A DNA stretch of 64,000 bases from an uncultured Croceitalea sp. (GCF_947499565.1 NZ_CANMOV010000006.1), one strand, 5' to 3'. Positions 1-9,997 are shown, counted from the first letter of the stretch. Made by a program: numbers and translations. The notes: generated by a model from the letters alone, not told the origin.

Positions 1-588
1 TTCTTTATGCATACAGAAGTAGATATCTTTTTAAAGTACAGCATTTTTAAAACTCAAGAGAATCCATGCTATGCCATGGAAACAGAAGCTATAGCATCTG
101 GCAAAACCTATTTAAACTTAATATCAAAAGAGCTATCAAATAGGGCTCGTTTTGGTTTTGAAGATTCTATTCGGTTTTTATTAAAATGTTTTCTTATTAA
201 TCTTGAAAGAGTGCATCAAAAAAGAGATACAAAGACTGCTAATCGAAACGATTCATACACCCTACAGCTATACCAATTTAAAGAGATGGTAGAGGCAAAC
301 TATAAAAATGGATTAACTATAAACGAATATGCAGACTTAATGCACATCTCTTCAAAAACCTTAAATACCATTACAAAAACAGTTGTAAACAAATCTCCTT
401 CGCTATTAATTGCAGAACGGATTATTTTAGAAGCAAAACGATTATTAAAATTCACTTCACTCCAAATAGGTGAGATTGCATACAAGCTCGGTTTTGAAGA
501 CCCTTCTTATTTTATCAAGTACTTTAAAAGACATGTAAAAGTAGCTCCACTTGTATTTCGTAATAAAAGTGGTTTGGGCAATAGCTAA
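1..588 (+). CDS. AraC-family transcriptional regulator, probably 5'-truncated by the window edge
   Basis: C-terminal AraC HTH signature (EAKRLL...IGEIAYKLGFEDPSYFIKYFKR); frame is open back to base 1. Confidence 0.85.
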   Translation, partial: FFMHTEVDIFLKYSIFKTQENPCYAMETEAIASGKTYLNLISKELSNRARFGFEDSIRFLLKCFLINLERVHQKRDTKTANRNDSYTLQLYQFKEMVEANYKNGLTINEYADLMHISSKTLNTITKTVVNKSPSLLIAERIILEAKRLLKFTSLQIGEIAYKLGFEDPSYFIKYFKRHVKVAPLVFRNKSGLGNS

Positions 589-640
589 CTTTATTCTTCG
601 GTTTTTATTTTACTTTAAAAAACCCTAGCTTAGAATCCCA

Positions 641-2071
641 ATGGAGCTAAGTAAAAAACTAGGTCTGCTACTAGGCCCAATCGTATTTTTAATTCTTGTT
701 AACCTACCTGTACAATTAGTTTCTGAACAGGGTGATGCTGTAATCGCCGTTGCATCTTGGATGCTTATCTGGTGGATTACAGAAGCTGTTTCTATTTCGG
801 TTACCGCATTACTCCCACTTTTACTTTTTCCCCTGCTAAAAATAATACCCATTGCCGAAGTTGGTGCAAATTATGGCAGCCCAATTATATTTTTGTTTTT
901 TGGTGGCTTTGTTATGGCTTTAGCATTAGAAAAAGTAAACCTTCATAAACGTATTGCGCTTAATATTATAAAACTTACAGGCACTACGCCTAACAAAGTG
1001 GTCTTAGGTTTTATGATTGCAACTGCTTCATTAAGTATGTGGATAAGTAACACCGCCAGTACCGTAGTAATGTTACCTATAGCTTTATCGGTTATTAATT
1101 TATTGGTTAATGATGAAGATGGATTTACTAAGAGCGATCAAAACTTCGCGCTAAGTGTAATGTTAGGGATAGCTTTTTCAGCAAATGCAGGAGGAATTGC
1201 AACGGTAATTGGTACTCCACCAAACTCCGTATTAATTGGACTACTAGAAAATGAATATAACATTCAAATCTCATTTTTAAAATGGATGACTATTGGACTG
1301 CCTTTCGCTATAGTAATGATTACTATTACCTACTTTGTATTGGTAAAATGGATGTTCCCTAACAAGGATTTAAAGTTTAATGCTTCAAAAGAGGTAATAC
1401 ACACAGAATTAAAAAAATTAGGCTCAACCTCTGGTAAAGAAAAAATGGTTCTTGTAATTTTTGCCGTAACAGTTTTTCTATGGATTTTTAGAACACTTAT
1501 TAATACCATATTTCCTACACTGGGTCTCTCCGACACTATGATTAGCATTTTTGCTGCTATCGCATTATTCTCAATTCCATACAATATTAAAAAAGGAGAT
1601 TTTATTATTCAATGGAAAGATACTTCTAAACTAGCATGGGGTATTTTAATCTTATTTGGCGGTGGGTTAGCATTAGCAAAAGGAATGTCCACAAGTGGAA
1701 TTGTTGACTTAGTTTCTAGCGCGATAGCTAGTAGTGAGATTAGTATTTTATTTACAGCAGCTCTTTTGATTATATTAATGTTGTTCATGACAGAATTAAT
1801 GAGCAATGTTGCCTTAGTAGCAGTTTTAGCTCCAGTAGTTGCAGGTATTGCTATTGGGTTAGAAATTCCATTATTATATCTATTAATTCCGGTTACTATG
1901 GCTAGCAGCTGTGCCTTTATGTTACCAATGGCTACACCTCCCAACGCTATAGTATTTGCAAGCGGCTATGTAAAAGTTCCGCAAATGGCACGTGTGGGTA
2001 TTGTTTTAAACTTAATTGCTGTAGCATTACTAATCTTAGTATTTCAGTTTGTAATCCCATTACTATTCTAA
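641..2071 (+). CDS. SLC13/DASS family Na+:dicarboxylate/sulfate symporter
   Basis: 476-aa polytopic membrane protein with motifs LSMWISNTAST, GTPPN and AFMLPMATPPNAIVF. Confidence 0.92.
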   Translation: MELSKKLGLLLGPIVFLILVNLPVQLVSEQGDAVIAVASWMLIWWITEAVSISVTALLPLLLFPLLKIIPIAEVGANYGSPIIFLFFGGFVMALALEKVNLHKRIALNIIKLTGTTPNKVVLGFMIATASLSMWISNTASTVVMLPIALSVINLLVNDEDGFTKSDQNFALSVMLGIAFSANAGGIATVIGTPPNSVLIGLLENEYNIQISFLKWMTIGLPFAIVMITITYFVLVKWMFPNKDLKFNASKEVIHTELKKLGSTSGKEKMVLVIFAVTVFLWIFRTLINTIFPTLGLSDTMISIFAAIALFSIPYNIKKGDFIIQWKDTSKLAWGILILFGGGLALAKGMSTSGIVDLVSSAIASSEISILFTAALLIILMLFMTELMSNVALVAVLAPVVAGIAIGLEIPLLYLLIPVTMASSCAFMLPMATPPNAIVFASGYVKVPQMARVGIVLNLIAVALLILVFQFVIPLLF

Positions 2072-2076
2072 AAAGA

Positions 2077-2100
2077 AAAAGGCTCCAATTGGAGCCTTTT
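2077..2100. terminator. Bidirectional intrinsic terminator
   Basis: AAAAGGCTCC-aatt-GGAGCCTTTT perfect hairpin between convergent genes. Confidence 0.8.
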
Positions 2101-2120
2101 CTTTAAAAATTTTTTATGAT

Positions 2121-2867
2121 TTAGTCCTGGTAGTCTTCAAACTCTAATTTAGATAAACCTTCTTGAGTTTTTGTAAAGTCTATAGGTAATACATTACCAT
2201 TTTTTAATTTAAAGTCTGTCAATACCAACTGTTGTTTAGATAATGCTCTTAAACCATTCATATCCGAAAACTTGTTATTGGATAAGTAAAGCTTTTTAAG
2301 CTTCTTTAAGTTTTCCATTCCTGCTGGCATAGAACCATTTAAATCGTTATTAGCAAGAGCTAAAGTATTTAACTTACCAAGCTCATTAATAGTCTGCGGT
2401 AATGTTCCTTCCAACTTATTGTTACTTAAGTTTAACTCCTCTAAATTTTGAAGCTTGTTAATAGAACTAGGAATAGTACCAACCAATTTATTATCCTCAA
2501 AATTTACTGCTTTTAAGTTTTTAAATTTTCTAAAAAGACCTGGGATTTTTCCGGTAATATTATTTTGAGATAAATCTAGCGTTTCTAAATTTTTAAGGTT
2601 ACCAATAGTAATTGGGATTTTACCTTGAAGATTATTGTTAGAAAGGTCTAGTCCAACTACTTTACCGTCTTTTATTGTTACTCCATACCAATCAGAAATT
2701 GGAGTATCGGTATCCCATTGGTTTGTCCATTGCTCTCCTTTAGTCTTAGCTCTTAATTCCAGAAGTGCAATAGCTTCACGTTCACTAATTCCAAGTTGTG
2801 CAGTTAGCAGATTAAAACATAATAAGAATAATCCTAAGAAGGAACAGGTAATTTTAGAAATTCTCAT
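2121..2867 (-). CDS. Secreted leucine-rich-repeat protein with plant-type LRRs
   Basis: Signal peptide; N-cap (W..WYGVT...GKVVGLDL); 24-aa repeats LxLxxNxLxGxIP. Confidence 0.85.
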   Translation of the reverse strand: MRISKITCSFLGLFLLCFNLLTAQLGISEREAIALLELRAKTKGEQWTNQWDTDTPISDWYGVTIKDGKVVGLDLSNNNLQGKIPITIGNLKNLETLDLSQNNITGKIPGLFRKFKNLKAVNFEDNKLVGTIPSSINKLQNLEELNLSNNKLEGTLPQTINELGKLNTLALANNDLNGSMPAGMENLKKLKKLYLSNNKFSDMNGLRALSKQQLVLTDFKLKNGNVLPIDFTKTQEGLSKLEFEDYQD

Positions 2868-2998
2868 AGTTAAATAGATTTGGTGTTAGTTATAAAACTC
2901 ACATAAGTAGGTACTTACCTATGTGCAACGAGCAAAATAGGTAAAAAATGTATTTAACATCTATGAATTCCCCATTTATTCGATGAAATGCAAAACAA

Positions 2999-3030
2999 AG
3001 CCCAATTCTCAAAAGATTGAGAGTTGGGCT
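2999..3030 (-). terminator. Intrinsic terminator after the 99-aa repeat protein gene
   Basis: AGCCCAATTCTCAA-aaga-TTGAGAGTTGGGCT hairpin, with an A-run on the left that reads as a U-tract on the minus strand. Confidence 0.65.
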
Positions 3031-3057
3031 CCGTGATAATAACTAAAATTTGTGGAA

Positions 3058-3357
3058 CTATCTTTCATAGGCATTAAAGTCTTCTGGTAAAAATTCAGAA
3101 GTATCAAAGCCTAAGTCAGTATTTTCTTCTTCCATAAAATTAATTCCACTAACTGGAACCTCTTCTTTATAAGGATTAAAGCCTTCTGGAAGATAATCAT
3201 TGGTATCAAAACCTAATTCTATTTGCTGCTCTTCTTCAATAAATTTTATTGTACTCACATCAAAGCCTTCTACATTGGAGGAGGTTGATTTTGCGCTTAA
3301 AAGCGGTAATAAAAGAACTGCTAAAAAGGCTGTAGATATATATTTTTTGTATTTCAT
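3058..3357 (-). CDS. Secreted acidic repeat protein (2 copies of I.F.EEE..LGFDT..YLPE.FN.Y)
   Basis: Signal-peptide-like N-terminus; repeat shared with the neighbouring 241-aa ORF. Confidence 0.75.
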   Translation of the reverse strand: MKYKKYISTAFLAVLLLPLLSAKSTSSNVEGFDVSTIKFIEEEQQIELGFDTNDYLPEGFNPYKEEVPVSGINFMEEENTDLGFDTSEFLPEDFNAYER

Positions 3358-3621
3358 GTCGTTGTTTTAATAATTTGAGACAAAGGTAAAACTGTAAAAA
3401 ATGGGTATTCGTATGTTTTAAGTTTTGTTAACAATGCGTTATAAATAGTGTAAGAAAAGTATTTGCATTATTCTATTTCAAATACTCTTAATGTGGTAAT
3501 TCTTATTTGTAAAAATTATGAAAATGATAATTTTGATTTACTTTTTTTAACAAATACACTTGGTCGATTTTTATGTTATCTTTTTGTTAAGTGTATTTCA
3601 TCGAAGTTTTTGGGATTGAAA

Positions 3622-3645
3622 AATCCCGGTGTGGACCGGGACTTT
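3622..3645 (-). terminator. Intrinsic terminator after the 241-aa repeat protein gene
   Basis: AAATCCCGGT-gtgg-ACCGGGACTT hairpin 45 nt past the stop codon. Confidence 0.6.
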
Positions 3646-3689
3646 CAACTAACTAATTCAAAAAATTTGATAAAATAAAAACATCCTAT

Positions 3690-4415
3690 CTAGTTTGATC
3701 TTACATAAGGATCAAAGTTTTCTGGGAGATACTTAGCAGTATTAAAACCCAATTCAAATTCTTCATCTTCCATAAAGTTAACCGTATTCATGGCTACTTC
3801 ATTTGTAAAGGCATTGAAACCAACTGGAAGGTATTTTGAAGTATCAAAACCTAAGTCGTACTCTAATTCTTCTCCAAACTTTATACTTCTAATATCAAAG
3901 TAAACTTCGTAAGGGTCAAAACCTTCAGGAAGGTAATCTGCGGTATTAAAGCCTAGATCAATAGTATCTTCTTCTTCCATAAAATTGATAGAATTTATAG
4001 CTACAATACTGTTGTAAGGGTTAAATCCTTCTGGCAAATACTCAGAAGTATCAAAATCTAAGTCTGTTGTCTCCTCTAAGTCTACAAACTCCACAGAAGC
4101 AATCTCAAAATTCGCTTCGTAAGGATTAAAGCCTTCTGGTAAATATTCGGCAGTATCAAAACCAAGTTCTAGTTCATCTTCTACTTCTAAGAACTCAATA
4201 TCTTTAATATCGAAAGCTGTTACTGCTTCACTAAAAGCTAAAGTTTTGTTTGTTTCTTCAGCACTAATATCCAATGCTGTTAAGTTGTGTTCTAATGTAC
4301 GCGTAGTTTCTGTTTTGTCGTTTGCTTGGGTAACAGTTACCGTACTTTCTTGTTGATCTACTATGGGCGAACCACTAAAGAGTGCGTATCCATAAATTAA
4401 TAATAATTTGTTCAT
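3690..4415 (-). CDS. Secreted acidic repeat protein (5 copies of a ~35-aa unit)
   Basis: Five tandem units ending LGFDTxxYLPEGF(N/D)PY; hydrophobic N-terminus. Confidence 0.8.
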   Translation of the reverse strand: MNKLLLIYGYALFSGSPIVDQQESTVTVTQANDKTETTRTLEHNLTALDISAEETNKTLAFSEAVTAFDIKDIEFLEVEDELELGFDTAEYLPEGFNPYEANFEIASVEFVDLEETTDLDFDTSEYLPEGFNPYNSIVAINSINFMEEEDTIDLGFNTADYLPEGFDPYEVYFDIRSIKFGEELEYDLGFDTSKYLPVGFNAFTNEVAMNTVNFMEDEEFELGFNTAKYLPENFDPYVRSN

Positions 4416-4682
4416 TTTTTGATTGATTTGATGATTGATGTTGTATGCTTATAAGACTAGCCAAAAAGATAAATGTTACAGTCTTTTCTCTTTTTTAACA
4501 AATTTTACTCGGCACTTCATCCTAGTTATAATGGGCGTTTCAACGGGAACCATCAGTAAAACGCAATATTCCCAGAGGTTGAGCTTTCTTGGAAAAAAAT
4601 TAAGAGTTAATATATATTTAACAGAAGATTTTGGTTATTTTTTGGTTCTTTGGAAGATTACGACAATTCAAACTGACATTAA

Positions 4683-7184
4683 ATGATGAAAAAATTACTT
4701 CCAAAGTTGCTTTTGGTATTATTTACCCTTGCAAGTTTTCAAACTACCGAAGCACAACTCTTCAAAAAGAAAAAGAAAAACTCCGAACAGAAAGCTCCTT
4801 CAAAACCAAAAAAAGGAGACATTCAACCTTATGATAAGGTAATTACCAAGGATGCAGAAACAGATGAGGGTCTTTTTCATGTTCACACTGTAGAAGACAA
4901 ACATTTTTATGAAATCCCGGATTCACTTTTTAACCGCGAGATGTTAATGGTGAGTAGAATCTCTAAAACCGCAACAGGAATTGGTTTTGGTGGTGGAAAA
5001 ATAAATACACAAGTACTGCGCTGGGAGAAAAAACCTAAAAAAGTATTACTACGTGTAGTTTCTTATGGAAATGTTGCGGCCGATTCACTTCCTATTCATG
5101 AAGCTGTGGTAAATTCTAATTTTGAACCTGTTCTTTATGCTTTTGATATAAAAGCTATAAATAAAAAAGATTCGCTTAACCCAGCAACAGTTATTGAGGT
5201 TGACCCATTATTTACAAAAGACGTAAATGCTTTAGGTATGCCAGATTTCTATAGAACCAGATACAAGGTTAGTCGTTTAGACGGCGATAGAAGTTATATT
5301 GAAAGTATTAAAAGTTATCCTTTAAATGTAGAAGCTAGACATGTAAAAACGTATTCCGCTAAGTCTGCACCTAGTAATCAGAGTTTAGGTTCTATTTCTA
5401 TTGAGATTAATAACTCCATGATTTTGTTACCTGCTGAACAAATGAAGAGACGTTATTTTGACAAGCGTGTGGGTTGGTTTGCTCGTGGTCAGGTAGATTA
5501 TGGCCTAGATGCACAAGAGAGTAAAAGAGTTACCTATTTAGATAGATGGCGTTTAGAAGTTAAGGACGAGGACATGGCTAAATTTAAAGCTGGAGAATTG
5601 GTAGAACCTAAAAAACAGATTGTATACTATATAGATAGAGCTACACCAAAAGTGTGGGTGCCCTTTATTAAACAAGGTATAGAAGATTGGCAAGTTGCTT
5701 TTGAAGCCGCTGGTTTTAAAAATGCAATTATAGCTAAAGACCCTCCATCAGTTGAGGAAGATCCAGAATGGTCTCCAGAAGATGTACGTTATTCCGTAGT
5801 ACGTTATTTAGCTTCACCTATACCTAATGCAAACGGCCCTCACGTAAGTGACCCAAGAAGTGGAGAGATTTTAGAGTCTGATATTAATTGGTACCATAAT
5901 GTAATGACCTTATTGCGCAATTGGTTCTTTGTACAAACGGCTGCTATTAACCCAGAAGCTAGAGGGGTCGAATTTAAAGATGAAATTATGGGACGTTTAA
6001 TCCGTTTTGTATCTGCCCATGAAGTTGGTCACACTTTGGGCTTACCGCACAATATGGGAAGCAGCGTAGCTTACCCTGTAGATTCTTTACGTTCCAAGGA
6101 ATTCACCAAGAAATATGGTACAGCACCATCTATTATGGATTATGCCCGTTTTAACTACGTAGCACAACCCGGTGATGAGGGAGTAGCGCTAATGCCAGAT
6201 ATTGGGGTTTATGACAAGCATGCTATCAACTGGGGATACCGTCCAATTTTGGATAAATCTGCAAAAGAAGAAAAAGCAACTTTAGATAGTTGGATTCTTA
6301 AGCATGCGGATGACCCAATGTACCGTTTTGGCCACCAACAAGTAGGTGATATCCACGATCCAAGCTCACAAACAGAAGATTTAGGTGATGATGCTGTAAA
6401 AGCTAGCTTATATGGTATCGCAAATCTTAAGCGTATTGTACCAAACTTAAATGAATGGATAGCGGAAGATGGCAAAAATTACGATGACTTAGGCACCTTG
6501 TACGGACAAGTGGTAAGCCAATTTAACAGGTATATGGGACACGTAGCTAATAATATTGGTGGCGTTTATGAGTACAATAAAACCTTTGACCAAGAAGGAG
6601 CTGTTTATACGCATGTAGACAAAGCGCACCAGAAAAAATGTATGAATTTTATTCAGGAGCAATTGTTTAAAACTCCAGAATGGATGCTAGACCAAGAAAT
6701 CTTTAATAAGATTCAATATTCAGGTTCTGTAGAGCGTGTTCGTTCAGTACAAACAAGAACTTTAAATACCATGTTAAGTTTGGGCAAATTGGCAAGAGCT
6801 ATCGAAAATGAAACTATTAATGGAAACGATGCCTACAAAATAACTGACATTATGGGAGATCTTAGAAAAGGCATCTGGTCAGAGACTAGAAGTGGTAAAA
6901 CTATAGATACCTATCGTAGAAACTTACAAAAAGCACATATTGATAGATTGGGGTATTTAATGACAGCCAAAAACCAACGCAAGCAACCAAGCTTTGGAGG
7001 ATATCAAAAATCAACTGTTGTTAATACAAGCCAGTCAGATATTCGCTCAGTTGCGCGTGCAGAATTAAATAACTTAAAAAGAGACATTAGAAACGGGTTA
7101 GCAAGAACTTCTAACAGCATGAGCAGATATCATTTGCAAGATGCTTTAGAGCGTATAGATGCTATTTTAAATCCAAATGGATAA
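4683..7184 (+). CDS. Secreted zinc metalloprotease, Met-zincin (DUF5118/DUF5117/DUF4953, EcxA-like)
   Basis: Signal peptide; HEVGHTLGLPHN zinc motif followed by the SIMDY Met-turn. Confidence 0.92.
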   Translation: MMKKLLPKLLLVLFTLASFQTTEAQLFKKKKKNSEQKAPSKPKKGDIQPYDKVITKDAETDEGLFHVHTVEDKHFYEIPDSLFNREMLMVSRISKTATGIGFGGGKINTQVLRWEKKPKKVLLRVVSYGNVAADSLPIHEAVVNSNFEPVLYAFDIKAINKKDSLNPATVIEVDPLFTKDVNALGMPDFYRTRYKVSRLDGDRSYIESIKSYPLNVEARHVKTYSAKSAPSNQSLGSISIEINNSMILLPAEQMKRRYFDKRVGWFARGQVDYGLDAQESKRVTYLDRWRLEVKDEDMAKFKAGELVEPKKQIVYYIDRATPKVWVPFIKQGIEDWQVAFEAAGFKNAIIAKDPPSVEEDPEWSPEDVRYSVVRYLASPIPNANGPHVSDPRSGEILESDINWYHNVMTLLRNWFFVQTAAINPEARGVEFKDEIMGRLIRFVSAHEVGHTLGLPHNMGSSVAYPVDSLRSKEFTKKYGTAPSIMDYARFNYVAQPGDEGVALMPDIGVYDKHAINWGYRPILDKSAKEEKATLDSWILKHADDPMYRFGHQQVGDIHDPSSQTEDLGDDAVKASLYGIANLKRIVPNLNEWIAEDGKNYDDLGTLYGQVVSQFNRYMGHVANNIGGVYEYNKTFDQEGAVYTHVDKAHQKKCMNFIQEQLFKTPEWMLDQEIFNKIQYSGSVERVRSVQTRTLNTMLSLGKLARAIENETINGNDAYKITDIMGDLRKGIWSETRSGKTIDTYRRNLQKAHIDRLGYLMTAKNQRKQPSFGGYQKSTVVNTSQSDIRSVARAELNNLKRDIRNGLARTSNSMSRYHLQDALERIDAILNPNG

Positions 7185-7208
7185 TAAATAAAAACAGTTT
7201 TATCGATG

Positions 7209-7235
7209 AAAGGGGCAATTTGATTGCCCCTTTTT
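7209..7235 (+). terminator. Intrinsic terminator
   Basis: AAAGGGGCAAT-ttg-ATTGCCCCTTTTT after the protease stop codon. Confidence 0.8.
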
Positions 7236-7325
7236 ATTTTGACCTACATAAATCGCTGTTTCACAACATATCTAAATTTGGTTTGCTATAAATTCCTACA
7301 TTTAGAAACCCAAATCTCAAATCTT

Positions 7326-7511
7326 ATGAAGTCCTACAAAATCAAAAGCTTTATTTACTTTTTACTATTCGCTATAGCAGCATTCTTCTACAATAACATA
7401 GAGCAAGAACAAAAATTCCAAGATCAGATTACGTCAAGTGAGGTTGTTGATATCGACACGGAGCAACTTGAAGACGCAGATTCTGATGAGCTCGAAACCC
7501 CAGTAAAATAA
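7326..7511 (+). CDS. Small membrane-anchored hypothetical protein (61 aa)
   Basis: ATG at 7326 (MKSYKIKSFIYFLLFAIAAFFY...): N-terminal TM helix plus acidic tail; shorter than the ORF-track call. Confidence 0.6.
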   Translation: MKSYKIKSFIYFLLFAIAAFFYNNIEQEQKFQDQITSSEVVDIDTEQLEDADSDELETPVK

Positions 7512-7606
7512 TATCCTTACCTGTTAAAAGCTTCATAAACTTTTAAACTGATTAAACCTATTTGTTCCAATAAGGTCAAATAGACAAATCATTTAAAATC
7601 TATAAC

Positions 7607-8053
7607 ATGAAGAATTTAGTTTTAACAATGGCTATGCTATTGAGTCTTACCGCTATAGCACAGCAAGGAAATCGTGAGCGTCATCACAAAAAAGCAATGG
7701 CAGAAATGACTGCTGAACAAGTAGCAACGCTTCACACAAAGAAAATGGCTTTGGCTTTGGATTTAACGTCCAAGCAACAAGATGAAGTTTTAAAAATTAA
7801 TCTAGAAGAAGCAGAATTTCGTAAAGCAAAAATGGCAGAACGAAAGGCGAGAAAAGAAAGTGATGAAGCTAAGAGGCCCACAAGCGATGAAAGGTTTAAA
7901 ATGCAAAACGAACTATTGGACCGCAAACTGGCACAACAAGAAAAATTAAAAGAAATACTTACCGATGAGCAATTTCAGCTTTGGAAAAAAGCACGCAATC
8001 GAAAAGGTATGCACAGCAAAAAGAAAATGCAGAGAGAAGGCAGAAGGGGATAA
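7607..8053 (+). CDS. Periplasmic helical protein, Spy/CpxP-like (LTXXQ/DUF4890-like)
   Basis: Signal peptide; motifs LDLTSKQQ and ILTDEQFQLW; highly charged helices. Confidence 0.7.
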   Translation: MKNLVLTMAMLLSLTAIAQQGNRERHHKKAMAEMTAEQVATLHTKKMALALDLTSKQQDEVLKINLEEAEFRKAKMAERKARKESDEAKRPTSDERFKMQNELLDRKLAQQEKLKEILTDEQFQLWKKARNRKGMHSKKKMQREGRRG

Positions 8054-8072
8054 CTATTTTTTGTTGATTTTG

Positions 8073-8104
8073 AAAGGCCTCTAACGTTCGTTAGGGGCTT
8101 TTTT
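8073..8104 (+). terminator. Intrinsic terminator
   Basis: AAGGCCTCTAAC-gttc-GTTAGGGGCTTTT hairpin plus T-tract. Confidence 0.65.
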
Positions 8105-8129
8105 CTTTTGAACTTATTGTATGTAACAG

Positions 8130-8205
8130 TATCGGTTATTTTATCGATATCTTAAATTATCGGTTATTTTACCGATATTTTGTATTATCGGCAATTTTAC
8201 CGATA
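8130..8205. promoter_or_regulatory. Three tandem 20-bp palindromes TATCGG-N8-(C/T)CGATA at exact 28-bp period; putative operator array
   Basis: Copies at 8130-8149, 8158-8177 and 8186-8205, ending 9 nt before the SatD-family start codon. Confidence 0.75.
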
Positions 8206-8214
8206 TTTGCATTC

Positions 8215-8823
8215 ATGAAACTAGTAACAGCTATATTAACGGGTGATATTATCAACTCCCAAATGGTTGCTCCCGAAAATTGGCTCCCCCATTTAAAGGA
8301 GGTTCTTAGCGTCTATGGTACCGAACCAAAGTCATGGGAAATCTATCGAGGAGATAGCTTTCAACTAGAGGTTCCCTCAAAGGTCGCTCTTAAAGCGGCC
8401 ATTCATCTTAAAGCAGCTATAAAACAAGAAAAAGCATTAGATGTACGTATTGCTGTAGGCCTTGGGGAAAAGAAATATAGTTCAGAAAAAATAACAGAAG
8501 CTAACGGTTCTGCATTTGTAAATTCTGGACAATGTTTTGAAAATCTTAAAAAAACAACCCTCGCCATAAAATCTGATTCAGAAGACCTTGATGCTACCAT
8601 CAACATAATGCTACAATTGGCATCGCTCAGCATGGATAATTGGCTACCTGCTACTTCAAGAATTGTAAAAGCTGCCATAGAACACCCTAACGCAAATCAA
8701 AAGCAACTAGCAGCTTTATTGGAAAAATCACAAAGCAGTATCAGTGAAGCACTAATACGGGCAGGTTTTGATGAAATCCAAAAAATGATGCAATTTTATA
8801 CCACTCAACTCCATCAACTATGA
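8215..8823 (+). CDS. SatD-family protein (nucleotide-cyclase-like N-domain plus C-terminal HTH)
   Basis: Motifs LTGDIINS, YRGDSFQ and VRIAVGLG; C-terminal NQKQLAALLEKSQSSISEAL helix-turn-helix. Confidence 0.8.
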   Translation: MKLVTAILTGDIINSQMVAPENWLPHLKEVLSVYGTEPKSWEIYRGDSFQLEVPSKVALKAAIHLKAAIKQEKALDVRIAVGLGEKKYSSEKITEANGSAFVNSGQCFENLKKTTLAIKSDSEDLDATINIMLQLASLSMDNWLPATSRIVKAAIEHPNANQKQLAALLEKSQSSISEALIRAGFDEIQKMMQFYTTQLHQL

Positions 8824-9584
8824 TCCTACTAGCCCTAAAACTTGTTCTGGCACACTTCCTTGGCGATTTTGTTTTTCAACCTGCAAAATGGGTAGCGCAC
8901 AAACTAAAGAAAAAAGGAAAATCCAAATACCTGTACTACCACATTGGGGTACATCTATTAGCTCTTATCGTTTTATTACAATTTAAATGGGGTATTATCG
9001 CCATAATCATAGTATCACACTACCTTATCGATTTAGGCAAATTAACCTTCACCAACAAAAAGAACCATCGTTGGCTTTTTACTTTGGACCAAATGCTACA
9101 TCTAGGGGTAATTGCAGCAGTAGTCTACTTTTATGAGCCCTTTTCCATAGACTCTAGTTCATTATTAACGCCTAAACTGCTTCTATTCTTTAGTATGCTT
9201 GCTTTTGTAACTTATGTCTCTGCCATTCTAATTAAAATGATGCTAGTTCCCTATATTAAGGAACTAGAAGACGACCAAGAAAAAGAAGCTAAACGTAAAA
9301 AGAAGCTTGGCGAATATGATGAGAACGAAGGCACTTCCCTTAAAAATGCCGGGCGTTATATTGGTATGTTGGAGCGTATTTTTGTCTTTGCCTTTATTCT
9401 TTTACACCAATGGGCAGCCATTGGATTGTTAATTACAGCAAAATCTGTATTCCGGTTTGGCGACCTCAATAAAGGAAAAAACAGAAAACTGACCGAGTAT
9501 GTGCTTATTGGCACTTTACTCAGTTTTGGCCTCGCTATTTTGGCAGGGCTTGCCTATAATTACCTTAGCACACATCTATCATGA
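8820..9584 (+). CDS. DUF3307 membrane protein
   Basis: His/Asp motifs AHFLGDF, HIGVH, SHYLID and DQMLH in TM helices; C-terminal AGRYIGMLER...AKSVFRF; ATGA overlap with the upstream gene. Confidence 0.82.
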   Translation: MILLALKLVLAHFLGDFVFQPAKWVAHKLKKKGKSKYLYYHIGVHLLALIVLLQFKWGIIAIIIVSHYLIDLGKLTFTNKKNHRWLFTLDQMLHLGVIAAVVYFYEPFSIDSSSLLTPKLLLFFSMLAFVTYVSAILIKMMLVPYIKELEDDQEKEAKRKKKLGEYDENEGTSLKNAGRYIGMLERIFVFAFILLHQWAAIGLLITAKSVFRFGDLNKGKNRKLTEYVLIGTLLSFGLAILAGLAYNYLSTHLS

Positions 9585-9997
9585 AAGACATTTTCAATAC
9601 CTATACCCCAGAAGGATTTGGTACCGTAAACACCTACTTATTTACAGAGGACCCGCAACATTTAATAGACTTCCTTAAAAAAGCATTTTACGCAGAAGAA
9701 ATTAACCGTTCCATACATCCAGAAAATGGTGACATAGGTAATTGTATCCTAAAAATTGGGGACAGCTGTTTTATGATTAGTCAGGCTAGAGGAATGTTTA
9801 TGGGTATGCGTACCGCCATGTATCTTTATGTAAACGATGTGGACACTTTGCAAGCGAATGCATTGGCACATGGTGCCGAAGAAGTATTTGCACCAGCAGA
9901 TATGGATTATGGTGACCGCCAAGGTGGGGTAAAAGACCCAGCAGGCAACTATTGGTGGATTTCTAAACGCTTGGAAGAAAAAGGGTATCATGAGTAG
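9581..9997 (+). CDS. VOC/glyoxalase (PhnB-like) protein
   Basis: Motifs LKIGDSCFMIS and YGDRQGGVKDPAGNYWWI. Confidence 0.85.
   Translation: MKDIFNTYTPEGFGTVNTYLFTEDPQHLIDFLKKAFYAEEINRSIHPENGDIGNCILKIGDSCFMISQARGMFMGMRTAMYLYVNDVDTLQANALAHGAEEVFAPADMDYGDRQGGVKDPAGNYWWISKRLEEKGYHE

Noticed and set aside
3463-4834. Plus-strand ORFs 3463..3678, 4435..4686 and 4631..4834
   Set aside because: AT-rich intergenic or overlapping frames with no motifs; one crosses a terminator.
8130-8205. Mini-CRISPR or iteron array
   Set aside because: Spacers are only 8 nt, units are palindromic, and there is no rep or cas gene; an operator fits better.
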